In this document: in pieces, positions 38,580 to 48,549 of the stretch
How positions within the stretch are numbered: the first letter of the stretch is position 1
Layout: every line of letters begins with the position of its first letter
Source: a virus
Reading direction: 5' to 3' (one strand)
Length of the DNA stretch: 64,000 bases
Virus record (IMG/VR): IMGVR_UViG_3300037755_000850
Span: 32,348 to 96,347 of that record
Translations under genes and position numbers: made by a program
Notes under the pieces: generated by a model
Seen by the model: only the letters and a program-made list of their open reading frames with translations
Database searches by the model: none
Told to the model about the DNA's origin: nothing

Positions 38580-40280
38580 CTATTGCCATCCAGCGCGGCG
38601 TGTGTCTGGGTGAATGCCTGTGGCAAAGCTCCAATCCGAGCCAGCTGGCACCCGCATCTTGGCGCGCAGATAGCGGCCTTCTTCGAGAAGATCGGCATAG
38701 CCATCAATGTTGAGTGTGCTTTCCTCGCCATAAGTGGCGGAGCTGCTGAGATTATCCCGCATCGCAATCGAGATCGCGGCATCTGGACTGTCCGTCAACG
38801 GAACAATGCCATTGACAAGCAGGCGATAGGTAGCCAGAGTCTGCTCTGGCGTTTCCAGAACCGCTTCCAGATTGTCGCCCTGGAAAAAGCCAATGCTGTT
38901 ATCGGTGCTGGCGATACTGATCTGGGCCAGATCGGCAACGGCGAACGTATCCAGCGATTGCGTCATCGCATCGAGCGAACCCGCAACGATCCCCCCGCTG
39001 GTATAGCTACCAGCAAAAGTTGAGGCGAGCAGGTCAAAATCGGTGCCGTCGATAATGTCTATTTCCCAGGTGCCATCCGCATTGGGAACCCCGCCAACAT
39101 CGGAAATCGTATAGAACGCACCATCGGTGAGCGTGGTGGTCGAGGCAACGGTGATGCGGATCAGGCCGGAGCCATTATCATCAGCGTCGGTAATCGCCAA
39201 GGCCCCCGGCGCGAGGTCATCCAGAGACTCCAGCGTCAGGCCAGGCGAGGCAAGCGGGGCAATGAATTGCCCGCTGACCGAGATCAGGGACCAGCGGTCG
39301 AGCGCCCAATCATAGCAGATGATCTTGTCAAATTCGCCGTCTGCACCGCCATCGGCGGATTTATAGGTCCAGTAGATCAGATGCGCTGCCGGATCAGAGG
39401 CGGCGATCACCAATTGCAGATCATTTTCATCAAAAGCGCGCAAGAATGTCCGGTCCACACGTTCTTTCCCGATCGGGGTGATCACTCCGGACTGATCGGT
39501 CTTGACAAAACCGCGCGGTGACAGGAAGAATACGCTCTCACCGCCATTGATGATCGAATAAGGGGCCAGAGTCCCGGTGTCTCTGGAAATCCTGTCAATC
39601 TGGAAAACGATATCCGAGCCTGGCACATGGATCATCCGGCGCAGAGCCAGATCCTGCACGATAATGCCAAATTCACCCCCCACCACGCCGCGCACGATGC
39701 CGCCATCGGGAAGATCTTGAAAATCAGAAAAATTGGTGCCGGAGGTCCATGTCGTGATTGCATTGAGCCCGGACCATTGCACCCGGTAAGGATTGTCAAG
39801 CAGACCGGAGAGAACCACAAACCGGTTGATGATCGAGACATAGCGGGCCTCTGGCGGCGAACCGCCGAGATCAGCAAATTCGCTGGATGATGTGGTGTTG
39901 AAGGCTTGCGGGACCGTGTTTTCTTGCACCGCGATGACAACATTGTTAAACTGCACGAATTGCCATTGGGCATTGGATGCGAGGCTGCTATAGGCGTTGC
40001 CACCCTTCGACACATCGGTCCATTCCAGGGTGGTATTGTCGAGCTGATAAATTCGTGTCGCTGTGGCGGCAAACACCATCAGCACCCCGGCATTCCGGGC
40101 AAAGAACAATCCCCGGCATGGCCCGGCAAGCGTGTCGGTCAGCGCGGCATAGTCCTTGACCGGCATATAGCCATCGGCTCTGGGCAGGACGTTCAGGATC
40201 GATGAGGTATAGGGCGCATTGGCGTCGAAAAGGTCAGGATGCCACTGGCCCCATCGGATCGGCTGGTTGCTGAGCGGCAT
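38580..40280 (-). CDS. Tail nozzle/DNA-stabilisation protein (P22 gp10/T7 gp12-like)
   Basis: WHPD, WQFVQF, LGGSPP and VQWSGLN propeller-type motifs; follows the adaptor. Confidence 0.7.
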   Translation of the reverse strand: MPLSNQPIRWGQWHPDLFDANAPYTSSILNVLPRADGYMPVKDYAALTDTLAGPCRGLFFARNAGVLMVFAATATRIYQLDNTTLEWTDVSKGGNAYSSLASNAQWQFVQFNNVVIAVQENTVPQAFNTTSSSEFADLGGSPPEARYVSIINRFVVLSGLLDNPYRVQWSGLNAITTWTSGTNFSDFQDLPDGGIVRGVVGGEFGIIVQDLALRRMIHVPGSDIVFQIDRISRDTGTLAPYSIINGGESVFFLSPRGFVKTDQSGVITPIGKERVDRTFLRAFDENDLQLVIAASDPAAHLIYWTYKSADGGADGEFDKIICYDWALDRWSLISVSGQFIAPLASPGLTLESLDDLAPGALAITDADDNGSGLIRITVASTTTLTDGAFYTISDVGGVPNADGTWEIDIIDGTDFDLLASTFAGSYTSGGIVAGSLDAMTQSLDTFAVADLAQISIASTDNSIGFFQGDNLEAVLETPEQTLATYRLLVNGIVPLTDSPDAAISIAMRDNLSSSATYGEESTLNIDGYADLLEEGRYLRAKMRVPAGSDWSFATGIHPDTRRAGWQ

Positions 40281-40294
40281 GGGTATCCCCCCCC

Positions 40295-40957
40295 CTAATA
40301 CGCCATCGCTCTGACCTTGCCGTCAGAGCGTTGCGTCATCCGGGCGGTGCGCCGTTTCAGTTGTTCAAAGGCTTCAGAGGTTGCCGAACCCATGGTTTGC
40401 GCCATTTCCAGATCTCTGAGCACATGCAGGCCCAGCTCATATTTGGCCCGGCACCGGATCAGCCGCTCAGCATCGGTCATCCAGAAATTATCCGCCTCCG
40501 CATCGCTTGCTGGCGCGGCATATTTGAATGTTCCAGCGACCCTGATGGTCCAATCGGCGCTGGTTGGAATCGGATAAAGCCGGATCTTGCGATCATAGAA
40601 CAGATACCATCCAGGTTGACCGGTTGCGGTATTGCTGGAAGATGCGCTTTCGATCTCGGCTGGATAATCGGGGATCAGCTGATAGCTTTGCGCCCCATCG
40701 GACAGGGTGACATAATCGATCTTGAGAAGATCGGCGAGGTCGGCAGCATCGCTGGAATCATAGAATTCCTGATCAACCACCGTTGCAAAGGTGGTGTCGC
40801 GCGATTCATTGAAGAAGAACCGCTCATCATTATAGGCCCCGATTGCAGAGGTGATGGCATCGTCAATTGCGCTTTGCATGATGCTATCGACATCGGCATA
40901 GGCTTTGCGCCTGACTTCCTGCGCAATCCGCGTCTTCATGTCACCCAACGTTGTCAT
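40295..40957 (-). CDS. Head-tail adaptor protein
   Basis: TLGDMKTRIA; GQP..Y......IRLYPIP; N.W...AE.LI...AK. Confidence 0.7.
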   Translation of the reverse strand: MTTLGDMKTRIAQEVRRKAYADVDSIMQSAIDDAITSAIGAYNDERFFFNESRDTTFATVVDQEFYDSSDAADLADLLKIDYVTLSDGAQSYQLIPDYPAEIESASSSNTATGQPGWYLFYDRKIRLYPIPTSADWTIRVAGTFKYAAPASDAEADNFWMTDAERLIRCRAKYELGLHVLRDLEMAQTMGSATSEAFEQLKRRTARMTQRSDGKVRAMAY

Positions 40958-41068
40958 GACTTGACATGCCCCCGTAATTCCCCCTAAAGTCCAAGTCTGA
41001 CTGCTCTGATGTCAGTGGTGGAATGGCATCGGTGAATTAAGCTCCCATCCTTGCCATTCCGCCTTTAA

Positions 41069-41554
41069 TCATGGTCCGTTTGATTCAATTTCCAGTGTTA
41101 CCTGGAAAACCTCTGCGGAAGCTGGAGCATAAGCGCCACTGGCTTCAATCAGGCCGTAAATCAGACTGCCGGAATGGGCAAAATTGAACCCAATCGCGAC
41201 AGCCGCTGAAGGCTTGTACAGATAAGCCGTTCCGACCGATGCGCCCGAACTCATATCGACCGCCACCTCATCAAGATAATTGGCGGCGGTTGAGACCGCG
41301 AATGCACCATTATCGCCATTGGTGACAACCGGTGCGACCGAAAACAGATGCACGACAAAGGTGGCAGCAGTCGCCGTGGTGCTACTCTTGTAGAGCCGCA
41401 CGCGCCGGATAATGCCATGTGTGCCGATACTGTTGCTACCAAAGGTGAGTGGCACCACATCACCGGCATCAACATCATTGGCAACCAGATCCGCTGCCGT
41501 GTAAGATGTTGTGTCGCCGGGTCTGGTAAAACTGTCTGTGGGTGTAATGATCAT
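41069..41554 (-). CDS. Virion structural protein
   Basis: FTRPGDTTSYTAADLV motif; position. Confidence 0.6.
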   Translation of the reverse strand: MIITPTDSFTRPGDTTSYTAADLVANDVDAGDVVPLTFGSNSIGTHGIIRRVRLYKSSTTATAATFVVHLFSVAPVVTNGDNGAFAVSTAANYLDEVAVDMSSGASVGTAYLYKPSAAVAIGFNFAHSGSLIYGLIEASGAYAPASAEVFQVTLEIESNGP

Positions 41555-41580
41555 TGAGAACCGCTATCGGTTAAAGGCAC

Positions 41581-41615
41581 AAAAAGAGAAAAAATGGGGC
41601 CGAGGCCCCATTTTA
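41581..41615 (-). terminator. Intrinsic terminator
   Basis: AAAATGGGGC-ctcg-GCCCCATTTT plus T-run. Confidence 0.75.
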
Positions 41616-42590
41616 TTACGGTGTGTCGAGACCGATAAGTACGCCAGAAGCAGCATCGCCAGTCGATACGGTTTCGGTGTAGTAGTTCTCGAACAGGAAG
41701 CATTGATCTGCCACAATGGAATTTGCCGGGGCCGCAACATTACAAACAATATAGTTGTCTGCGATGATGCCGGTTGTATTAGTCAGCAGTTCGATGGCCG
41801 GTTCCGTGCCGATATTGCCTCCAACACCCTGAACCAGAAGATTGCCCTTGATCAAGATGTTCGTAGACAGTGTGGTGTCACCCACGATACAAGCCGTTGA
41901 ATAATCACCGGTAATGTAGTTGCCAATGATCTGACCGTATGATGTATCGGCATCCATGTGGATCGCCGCAACAGCGCCGCCGAGACCCATATGGATGGTA
42001 TTGCCTTCAACGAGGAAACCTGTATTATTATCCTCGAAGTAGATAGTGGCGTTGAATTCATCGGTGCCGGTGGCTTCAACGGTAAATTCACAGCCGCGAA
42101 TTGTCGTATAGTCAACGCCAGCTTCGACGTTGATCGCCTTCAAAACGGCAGTTACACTGGATACGCAGCGAATGTTTTCAATGGTGACGTTATCCGCGCC
42201 GACCGTAATCTCGCCCGCTGCTACCGTATAGGTGAAGGTTGGTCTCGTTGCACCGACGCCAAGGCCGATGACCCTGATGCCAGCAACATCGAGATCGATC
42301 TGATCTGCCGCTATCAGCGTTTCCGCATGACCGGGAAGAACAATGATCTTGTCGCCGTTGTTCGCCGTGCACAGGGCAACGGCAGCGTCCAGCGTCGAAA
42401 CCGCCAGCGCCGGGGATGAGCCGTCACCGGAGGCCGCCACGCCGCTATCCACATAGAACACGTTGCCCGTCAGGAACTCGGGCTGAGCCAGAACATTTGC
42501 ACCGCTTGCGATCACGCGCTTGCACAAAATGTCCATATTGGCAAATTGTCGGGCAACGCCATAAGCGCCAGCCGTTTCAGGTGTAGCCAT
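41616..42590 (-). CDS. Beta-helix (pectin-lyase-like) virion/head-fibre protein
   Basis: FYVDS...GSSP...TLDAAV.LCTANNGDKIIVLPGHAE; I.GN repeats. Confidence 0.7.
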   Translation of the reverse strand: MATPETAGAYGVARQFANMDILCKRVIASGANVLAQPEFLTGNVFYVDSGVAASGDGSSPALAVSTLDAAVALCTANNGDKIIVLPGHAETLIAADQIDLDVAGIRVIGLGVGATRPTFTYTVAAGEITVGADNVTIENIRCVSSVTAVLKAINVEAGVDYTTIRGCEFTVEATGTDEFNATIYFEDNNTGFLVEGNTIHMGLGGAVAAIHMDADTSYGQIIGNYITGDYSTACIVGDTTLSTNILIKGNLLVQGVGGNIGTEPAIELLTNTTGIIADNYIVCNVAAPANSIVADQCFLFENYYTETVSTGDAASGVLIGLDTP

Positions 42591-42644
42591 TTTCTAAATC
42601 TCCTATGCTAAACAGGAGGGAGGCTTTTAGCCTCCCTGCCATTA

Positions 42645-43043
42645 TTAGCCGTCATTATCCGGAATGAACATGATGACCAGCTCACCAGATCCGGTTGTAT
42701 GAGACCCACCGCCACCGACGAGGGCATAAACATCCGTATCCGCTGTCACGAGGAAACCGGCATCATTCTGATCGAGAGGAACAAACGATCCAACCGTATC
42801 AATGTCGCCACCATCCATCCAGGCATCCGTTTCGCCATCAACGCCGACATCAATTGTTGGCGATGAGCCATCAAAATCTGTCGTCGGAAGAAAGCCGCTG
42901 GAGTCTGGAATGACAATCGCTCCTGATGGGATCGTGCCAACAAAAGTGGCAGTCGTGTCATCAACAGTCAGTGTCTTCCGGAGATAATGCACCGCCTGAA
43001 ACGCGAGTTCCCGAGCGGTAGTCCCGGCAGTATTCGTAACCAT
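42645..43043 (-). CDS. Capsid decoration/cement protein
   Basis: Directly after the MCP; VGTIP.GA...TTG pattern. Confidence 0.65.
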   Translation of the reverse strand: MVTNTAGTTARELAFQAVHYLRKTLTVDDTTATFVGTIPSGAIVIPDSSGFLPTTDFDGSSPTIDVGVDGETDAWMDGGDIDTVGSFVPLDQNDAGFLVTADTDVYALVGGGGSHTTGSGELVIMFIPDNDG

Positions 43044-43058
43044 GGGTAATACCCCCTA

Positions 43059-45245
43059 TTAAGACGCCGCTGTCGCGTAGGTTGAAATAACAACAGTCCC
43101 GAAATCTGCACTGTCAAAGACTGTCTTCTTCATACCCCAGATACACCAGGCGGAGACTTCAAGTTTACGCTTGTGATCAAGCACTTTTTTGTTCACCGAG
43201 GGCCGCTAGTCCCCGACCGCCCCTTTCGGGACTGCTCATAGTTTCCTATGAGATCTGACCATATCATGCCCCACGTCTTTCTCGTTTGGGGCCTGTGCGC
43301 TTCCAGCCGCTTGGCTGTACTCCCTTTCGGGATGGTCGATGCACCTTCCTTTCGAGTTTGATAATAACTCAAAGGCTTGGCTCAGGATTACCCACCGCTT
43401 ACGCGGCTAGGGCTTCCCCTGAGTTCACACAGTTGTCATTTGCCGGTTTCCCGACAACGGAGCTGCCAATCAACTCTTCATTCCAGCGGTATTTCATGGG
43501 GCCGTAATTTGCCTGACCGTAACCAACGACGGCAGACTGGGCTCCAAGTAATACTGCCCGTCTAACAGTAGTAATAGCTGCGCTAGTAGAACTGTTTACA
43601 CCCTGAGTAACATCCTGAGACTGCCGGATGATGACTCCGTTGTATTCTCCAAGAGCGCCGGTGTAGATTGGGTTCTTGGTTACTTGGCCACCCATCATGG
43701 CTGCTTTTTGAATATCAAGCCATTGACCAGTAGAACTGTTAGTTCTAAGGCTCGTAACCTGGTATGGGTGCAGGTAGATTACGTATTTAGGCTGACCACC
43801 GATACGGATAGGCCGGACCATATTGCTGCCAACCTTGGCAAGCTCTACGGCCTGATCGATCAGATCGAGGGTGAACACGTCAGCCGATGTGATATCCTGG
43901 TCGTTGGAACCAGACCCGGCGACGATCTTGCGACCGGATGTCGGGGCGGTTACGGAATTGAGACCGGTGTACTTGGTGTTGGTCTGGACCGTGTAGCCGC
44001 ATACCTGATTGAAAAAGCTTCGTGTGTTCGCATCGAGATCGCAACTCTCGACACCGCCCTTTCGGGCTGCTGCATGTTTCCATGCAGTCCAGACTATATC
44101 ATCATTCCCTTTCGGGACGCCGGGCGCTTCGGGCCGCTTGGCCCTACGAGATTGCTCTCTAGTCGTTGCTCTTTCCCTTGCGTCGGCGATCCTTGACAAG
44201 GACTCCGCCGTTTCTTCGTTTGCCGAAATTGCAGTTAAAACAGAGAACTTCGAGGTGTTCTGGCATCCCCTCACGGAGGATTCGAACATAAAGTCCATAC
44301 CCGATTTCACGATGTCGATTTTCCCGCCGTAATTCGCCACCATCATTATTGATGTGGTCAATGGTGAGGAAAAGCGACTCTGTCTCACCACACGCTTGGC
44401 ATTCGCATCCGAGCTTTTCAAAGACCGCTTCGCGCAATTGCGCATAGCGGGAAATGCTAAGTTCATTTGCTCTTTGCCGCCGTTCTGGCGTCCAGACCGC
44501 AAGAGGGTCTTTGGCGTATCGATCTCTAGCCCTGCTGAGGCGGCGCTCCTTATTGGCAACATGGTGCGCTTCGACACGTACGCTATTGCACGTTCTGCAA
44601 GCATGTCGCCGTTTTGTATGTGCCGGATCATAGAACTGAAATTCCTCGATCGCCTTAGTCTGACTGCATTTTTTGCAAACTCTGGTTGTCATATTAATCC
44701 TTGTGGTGGGTTGATCCATTCACAAAGAATTACTCTAACCAGAACTGAAGCTGCAAGGGCTTAGATCAGGATTGCCGCCAGCCGGACTGGGACGGGATTC
44801 CCTGAGTTCACCCGGTTTTACATCCGCTAAGCTATTGAATACTCACGGATTTTCTATCCGCCCACCACTCACCCAGACCATCACGGGCCTGCTGGCGAAG
44901 GTTGAACGGAACGCGTTGCTGGTCGATGGTATTCTGAGACTTGACGCCGACATTATGGCCCAGCTCGTTGATCAGAACAGCATCGCTGTAGATCGACAGG
45001 CTTTCACCATTGCCTTCGGCAGTTTCCGTTTCAGTGATACCGTCCCCGGTCAGGCGGGCGCGCAGACCGAAGGTCACGCTGTCCCCGGACCCTTTCGAGG
45101 TCTCGGACTTCATCTGGATGATGGAATTGTCATCCGATCCGATAAGTGGAGCAATGTCGAGGGCCTCTCTCTCGGCCACAATCAGCATTTTACTCCACAG
45201 CTTCACGGCGAATGCATCATTCACCGGAAACGATGTATAAGCCAT
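43059..45245 (-). CDS. Major capsid protein (N4-gp56/DUF4043-like), spliced; exons 45245-44845, 44020-43473, 43183-43059; 357 aa
   Basis: AVKLWS, GDSVTFGLR, EGNGESL, LHPYQ...W.DIQKAA...NPIYTGALGEYNGV, RAVLLGAQ, GMKKTVF...DFGTV; joined exons total 1074 nt in frame. Confidence 0.88.
43184..43472 (-). mobile_element. Group I intron 2 in MCP (289 nt, no ORF)
   Basis: P1 GAGU|UG/CAGCUC with U-G at the splice site; P10 GGCA/UGCU; core AAUCCUGAGCCAA and GAUAUGGUC; terminal G. Confidence 0.88.
44021..44844 (-). mobile_element. Group I intron 1 in MCP (824 nt, encodes HNH)
   Basis: P1 AUCCGU|/GCGGAU with U-G; P10 AGCUU/AAGCU; core GGCAAUCCUGAUCUAAGC and GAUAUAGUC; terminal G. Confidence 0.88.
44159..44692 (-). 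CDS. Intron-encoded HNH homing endonuclease
   Basis: CKKC...CRTC N-terminus; CQAC...LTIDHINNDG...LCFNCN; RBS AAGGA. Confidence 0.85.
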   Translation of the reverse strand: MTTRVCKKCSQTKAIEEFQFYDPAHTKRRHACRTCNSVRVEAHHVANKERRLSRARDRYAKDPLAVWTPERRQRANELSISRYAQLREAVFEKLGCECQACGETESLFLTIDHINNDGGELRRENRHREIGYGLYVRILREGMPEHLEVLCFNCNFGKRRNGGVLVKDRRRKGKSND

Positions 45246-45570
45246 CGTTATCTCCGCTTGTGAAATGAATGCCCTGTAACGCCGGAGCAGGATGCGAAGC
45301 AGATCAGATAACCGCCGATACTGCGGGGGCGGGAGCTAAGAATAACGGGGCTCAGACCGAAGCTGGTCGAAGACGATGGAGGGATGCATTCGGATACTGA
45401 TCAGATGAACTGGCTACGAATACGCAAATACAGAAAAAATCATCTTTAACGCTGTAATACAGACCGAGACGCGCGAGACAAACTCCGAATCGAATCGATA
45501 GCAATACTAGAATTCGCCAGAATCAATAGCTTGTCAATAAAAAAATTACGTTAGCGGAAATTATTCCGCG

Positions 45571-45599
45571 TTGACAAAGGGCATGTAAAATTTTATATG
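45571..45599 (+). promoter_or_regulatory. Sigma70-type promoter
   Basis: TTGACA-17-TATATG upstream of the ncRNA and tRNA-Arg. Confidence 0.65.
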
Positions 45600-45606
45600 T
45601 ACAGAC

Positions 45607-45836
45607 AATGGACGGCGGCGCTGAAAGCAGAAGCGCAGGATTAGCGAGGTCCCGAGCAATCGAGAGCGAAGGAGAGCGAGTGCAAACGGCTGGGAACCCG
45701 TCAGGATTACCTGACAAGCCTTAGAGGTCCTTGCCAACGATCTGTCGAAGCCAGTGTTCCCTGATACGGCAGTGATTGAATCCGAAAAATTGTTGGTGAA
45801 AGCACCGCAAGCGGGGGTAGCGTCCCGCCCGCCATT
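45607..45836 (+). ncRNA. tRNA-shaped ncRNA with large insert in the anticodon arm
   Basis: Terminal stem, GCGC D-like arm, GGAUU/AAUCC stem enclosing ~135 nt, GCGGG/CCCGC T-like arm. Confidence 0.5.
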
Positions 45837-45841
45837 ACATT

Positions 45842-45918
45842 GGTCCCGTAGCTCAACTGGATAGAGCGTCGGATTTCGAATCCGAAGGTTGCACGTTTGA
45901 GTCGTGCCGGGATCACCA
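45842..45918 (+). tRNA. tRNA-Arg(TCG)
   Basis: TCGGA-TTTCGAA-TCCGA; CCA. Confidence 0.88.
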
Positions 45919-45923
45919 GTTTA

Positions 45924-46030
45924 GCAAAAAACGGGAAGAAAAGTCGTAGTAGTATATTGGCAGAAATGATGAAGTGTGATTTGGTGTGTTCTAATTGTCA
46001 CCGTGAACGCACATACAGAAGGCTGATGGC
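45924..46030 (+). pseudogene. C-terminal remnant of an HNH endonuclease
   Basis: ILAEMMKCDLVCSNCHRERT with no N-terminal half or proper start. Confidence 0.55.
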
Positions 46031-46089
46031 TCGCCTGGCCACCAAAGCTGACGTTGGACAGCACGCCTTAAAACAAGAAAGTTCTGAAA

Positions 46090-46356
46090 TTGCGTAAGGA
46101 CACCCCGATCCCAGAATGGATCAGATCCATTCCCCGGCATAAGATGGAACAGGCGTTAGCCGCCGTTGCCGAGAAAGCAAAAATAGTTGAAGACGATATC
46201 GAAAAACAGATCGTCCCCAATCCGGATACGGTAACGCGGGAATCTTTTGCCTTCAAACGGGGCCTCCGCACTGCGTTTGCTGACGTGATGGGCGAATTTG
46301 AAAAGCATACCGTCATGGCGTCAGTGAAGAAGAAGAAAGCCAAGGAAGTAGCCTGA
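46090..46356 (+). CDS. Hypothetical protein
   Basis: ORF coupled to downstream gene. Confidence 0.45.
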   Translation: MRKDTPIPEWIRSIPRHKMEQALAAVAEKAKIVEDDIEKQIVPNPDTVTRESFAFKRGLRTAFADVMGEFEKHTVMASVKKKKAKEVA

Positions 46357-46568
46357 TGGAGTGGAAGAACCAGATCAGAGTCCCGCAGTCGATTAGCGAT
46401 CAGATCTGGGTTGAAGCTCGCTATGTTGGTCCTTACGGATCGCGCGCCTATGTCGAAGTCATAACGTCAGAATACTGGCGCGGCCTGCGGGCCATCAGCA
46501 GCATGTATGTTCCGGCCAGTACATTACCATGGAACAGACCAAGGAAGAAGGCGAAGGAACCGGCATGA
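46356..46568 (+). CDS. Hypothetical protein
   Basis: TGATG overlap; RBS. Confidence 0.5.
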   Translation: MEWKNQIRVPQSISDQIWVEARYVGPYGSRAYVEVITSEYWRGLRAISSMYVPASTLPWNRPRKKAKEPA

Positions 46569-46807
46569 CAAACAACCGTCTCTGGCTGGTTCACAAGCCA
46601 TCCGGCAAACATGTGCTCCTGGCCAAAAAGGGGGCAGAGTTTTGGGGTGCCTTCGGCGAAGACCACCTCAATCAGTTTTTTGATAAGCTCTATGATGAGC
46701 CGACATATAGAGGCGAGGCCCAGGACGAATTTGTCTTGTTGCAAGATCACGAGTGGGATGCCTATGAAGGCCCCCTAGACCCGTATCCAAGAAGTACGCG
46801 AGAGTAA
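46565..46807 (+). CDS. Hypothetical protein
   Basis: ATGA overlap; MTNNRLWLVHKPSGK. Confidence 0.55.
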   Translation: MTNNRLWLVHKPSGKHVLLAKKGAEFWGAFGEDHLNQFFDKLYDEPTYRGEAQDEFVLLQDHEWDAYEGPLDPYPRSTRE

Positions 46808-46817
46808 AAACGCAAAT

Positions 46818-46891
46818 TTCAGCGTCGTATAAAGGTATTACACCAGGTTGTTACCCTGAGAATCGAGGTTCGAGTCCTCGCGCTGGAGCCA
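46818..46891 (+). tRNA. tRNA-Asn(GTT)
   Basis: Loop TTGTTAC; GGTTCGAGTCC; GCCA. Confidence 0.85.
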
Positions 46892-46912
46892 ATTAGAAAG
46901 TAGGATCGTAAA

Positions 46913-47719
46913 ATGGGATGTTGGAACGGCACATGCATGGTCACCAATCTGCCAATTATGGTGGGTGATCCCGTTGTCTGTCAAGTCATCGTCGCCGCAC
47001 GCTTTGCTGATCCACTGATGGGCGCAGCCGCAACCAGCTATTCCTATGATCGCTTCGTGCCTGTTGGCTATGCTTTTCAGGCAAAATACAATGACTATGG
47101 TTATGTCGAGGATATCGAAGAAGACATCTATACCGCCGATACGCTATCTTACATCCGTGATCATCTGGTGGAGCGCGAGCAGGGTGAAAATCCCTATCAT
47201 GAGCAAGAGGTCAAAAAGGATCTTCTGACATGGAAAACCTTTGGTGAGTGGATTCACGATGGTCGTGTGCTCTTTGCCAACGCCGCCGCCAGGGCCTATC
47301 CGCAATATCCGCGTTTCCGTCCTGTTGGAATGGCCATGATCCACGAGATGGCATATGACGCAATGACCAGCCACAAGATAGGTCAAAGCTGGGGAATGGA
47401 AGACGTAATCAAGGAAGCACTTAGTATTCCAATTAATGCCATTAGAACCGAATTTACGGTCAAGGACAAGTTGTTTAATTTCACCAAAAACAGGGAAATG
47501 AACAGCCCTATTTATCTTGAAGGCGCTGATATTGATGAGATCACGCGCCGCTTAAGCAGAATGATTCATTTTGAAGGCAATCTTAATCGTTCACGCAAGC
47601 AATGGTATCCCGTATCCGGTGCCGGAAGTCAGTCCGAAGAATTTGATTTATTCAGAACTCTAGCTGTTGCCGCAGAGCATATCATGAAACAGCGTGAAAC
47701 AGAAATTGCTGAAGATTAG
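46913..47719 (+). CDS. Hypothetical phage protein
   Basis: MGCWNGTC...NLPI, YNDYG and GAGSQ motifs; 268 aa. Confidence 0.75.
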   Translation: MGCWNGTCMVTNLPIMVGDPVVCQVIVAARFADPLMGAAATSYSYDRFVPVGYAFQAKYNDYGYVEDIEEDIYTADTLSYIRDHLVEREQGENPYHEQEVKKDLLTWKTFGEWIHDGRVLFANAAARAYPQYPRFRPVGMAMIHEMAYDAMTSHKIGQSWGMEDVIKEALSIPINAIRTEFTVKDKLFNFTKNREMNSPIYLEGADIDEITRRLSRMIHFEGNLNRSRKQWYPVSGAGSQSEEFDLFRTLAVAAEHIMKQRETEIAED

Positions 47720-47902
47720 GAGTCTGGTATGAGTGAAGCCATCTTATGACTGACAAGGACGCCTATATCAGGAAACTGGAAGACGAGCGCATCGCCGCTT
47801 ATGAGCTGGCATTGACCATGATCGGCGGAGGATCTCCGAAACAGCTTCATGATCTTCTCAATCTGCTCGAATGCCGGGATCTGATGCGAGAAAGGCGAAG
47901 AA

Positions 47903-48220
47903 ATGAGTGAAGCCACAATGCTGAACCAGCTTCACGCCGAAGGCTACCGCAACATCAGGTTGCTGCCGACAGGCGAATGGGCGGCGACATTGCAGATGAA
48001 TTTCACCACAGGGTTGTTCGTTGGCCTCGATGATGAAGGTTACCGCACCAGATTCTGTTATGAAACCGAACATGACGCCAAACAGGCTTTGGAGCAATGG
48101 GACGGCAATGGATTTCCACCGGGATGGTGGGTGAAACAGAAGCCGGAAGATGTGCCGAATCCAGCGGCAATCGCAGATGTCGAAAAAATATCAGCCGCAC
48201 CACCCGAACGGGATCGGTGA
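47903..48220 (+). CDS. Hypothetical protein
   Basis: FTTGLFVGLD..GY..RFCY...A..AL..WDG...P..W. Confidence 0.65.
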   Translation: MSEATMLNQLHAEGYRNIRLLPTGEWAATLQMNFTTGLFVGLDDEGYRTRFCYETEHDAKQALEQWDGNGFPPGWWVKQKPEDVPNPAAIADVEKISAAPPERDR

Positions 48221-48371
48221 TGTGCCAAAACGTGTCCGCAGTAACCTGGTTGCCCGTCGCCGCATAAGCAAAACCTTGGTCTTCAATGGCCTGTGGTATC
48301 CCGGCGATGATCCGGAATGTCCAGTTGATGAACGGCAGCATGAGCGCATCAAGAGGCGAGAAAGGCGAAAA

Positions 48372-48549
48372 GATGACAGATGAAGATGCATTGCAGATGG
48401 AAACCATAACCTCTGAACTGATCGGATCGTTACGGCAAATCATGGAGCAAACCAATCTTCATGAAACGCATCGCCGCCGTGCTCAGGACGCCATCGATGC
48501 AGCCTTTCAGTTCAAAGAACAATGGGTCTACAAGCCGAGGAAAAGATGA
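48372..48549 (+). CDS. Small hypothetical protein
   Basis: MTDEDALQME; in operon; start approximate. Confidence 0.35.

Noticed and set aside
43399-44631. 410-aa ORF as a single protein
   Set aside because: Chance read-through of intron 1 sequence into capsid exon 2; only 44020-43473 is capsid coding
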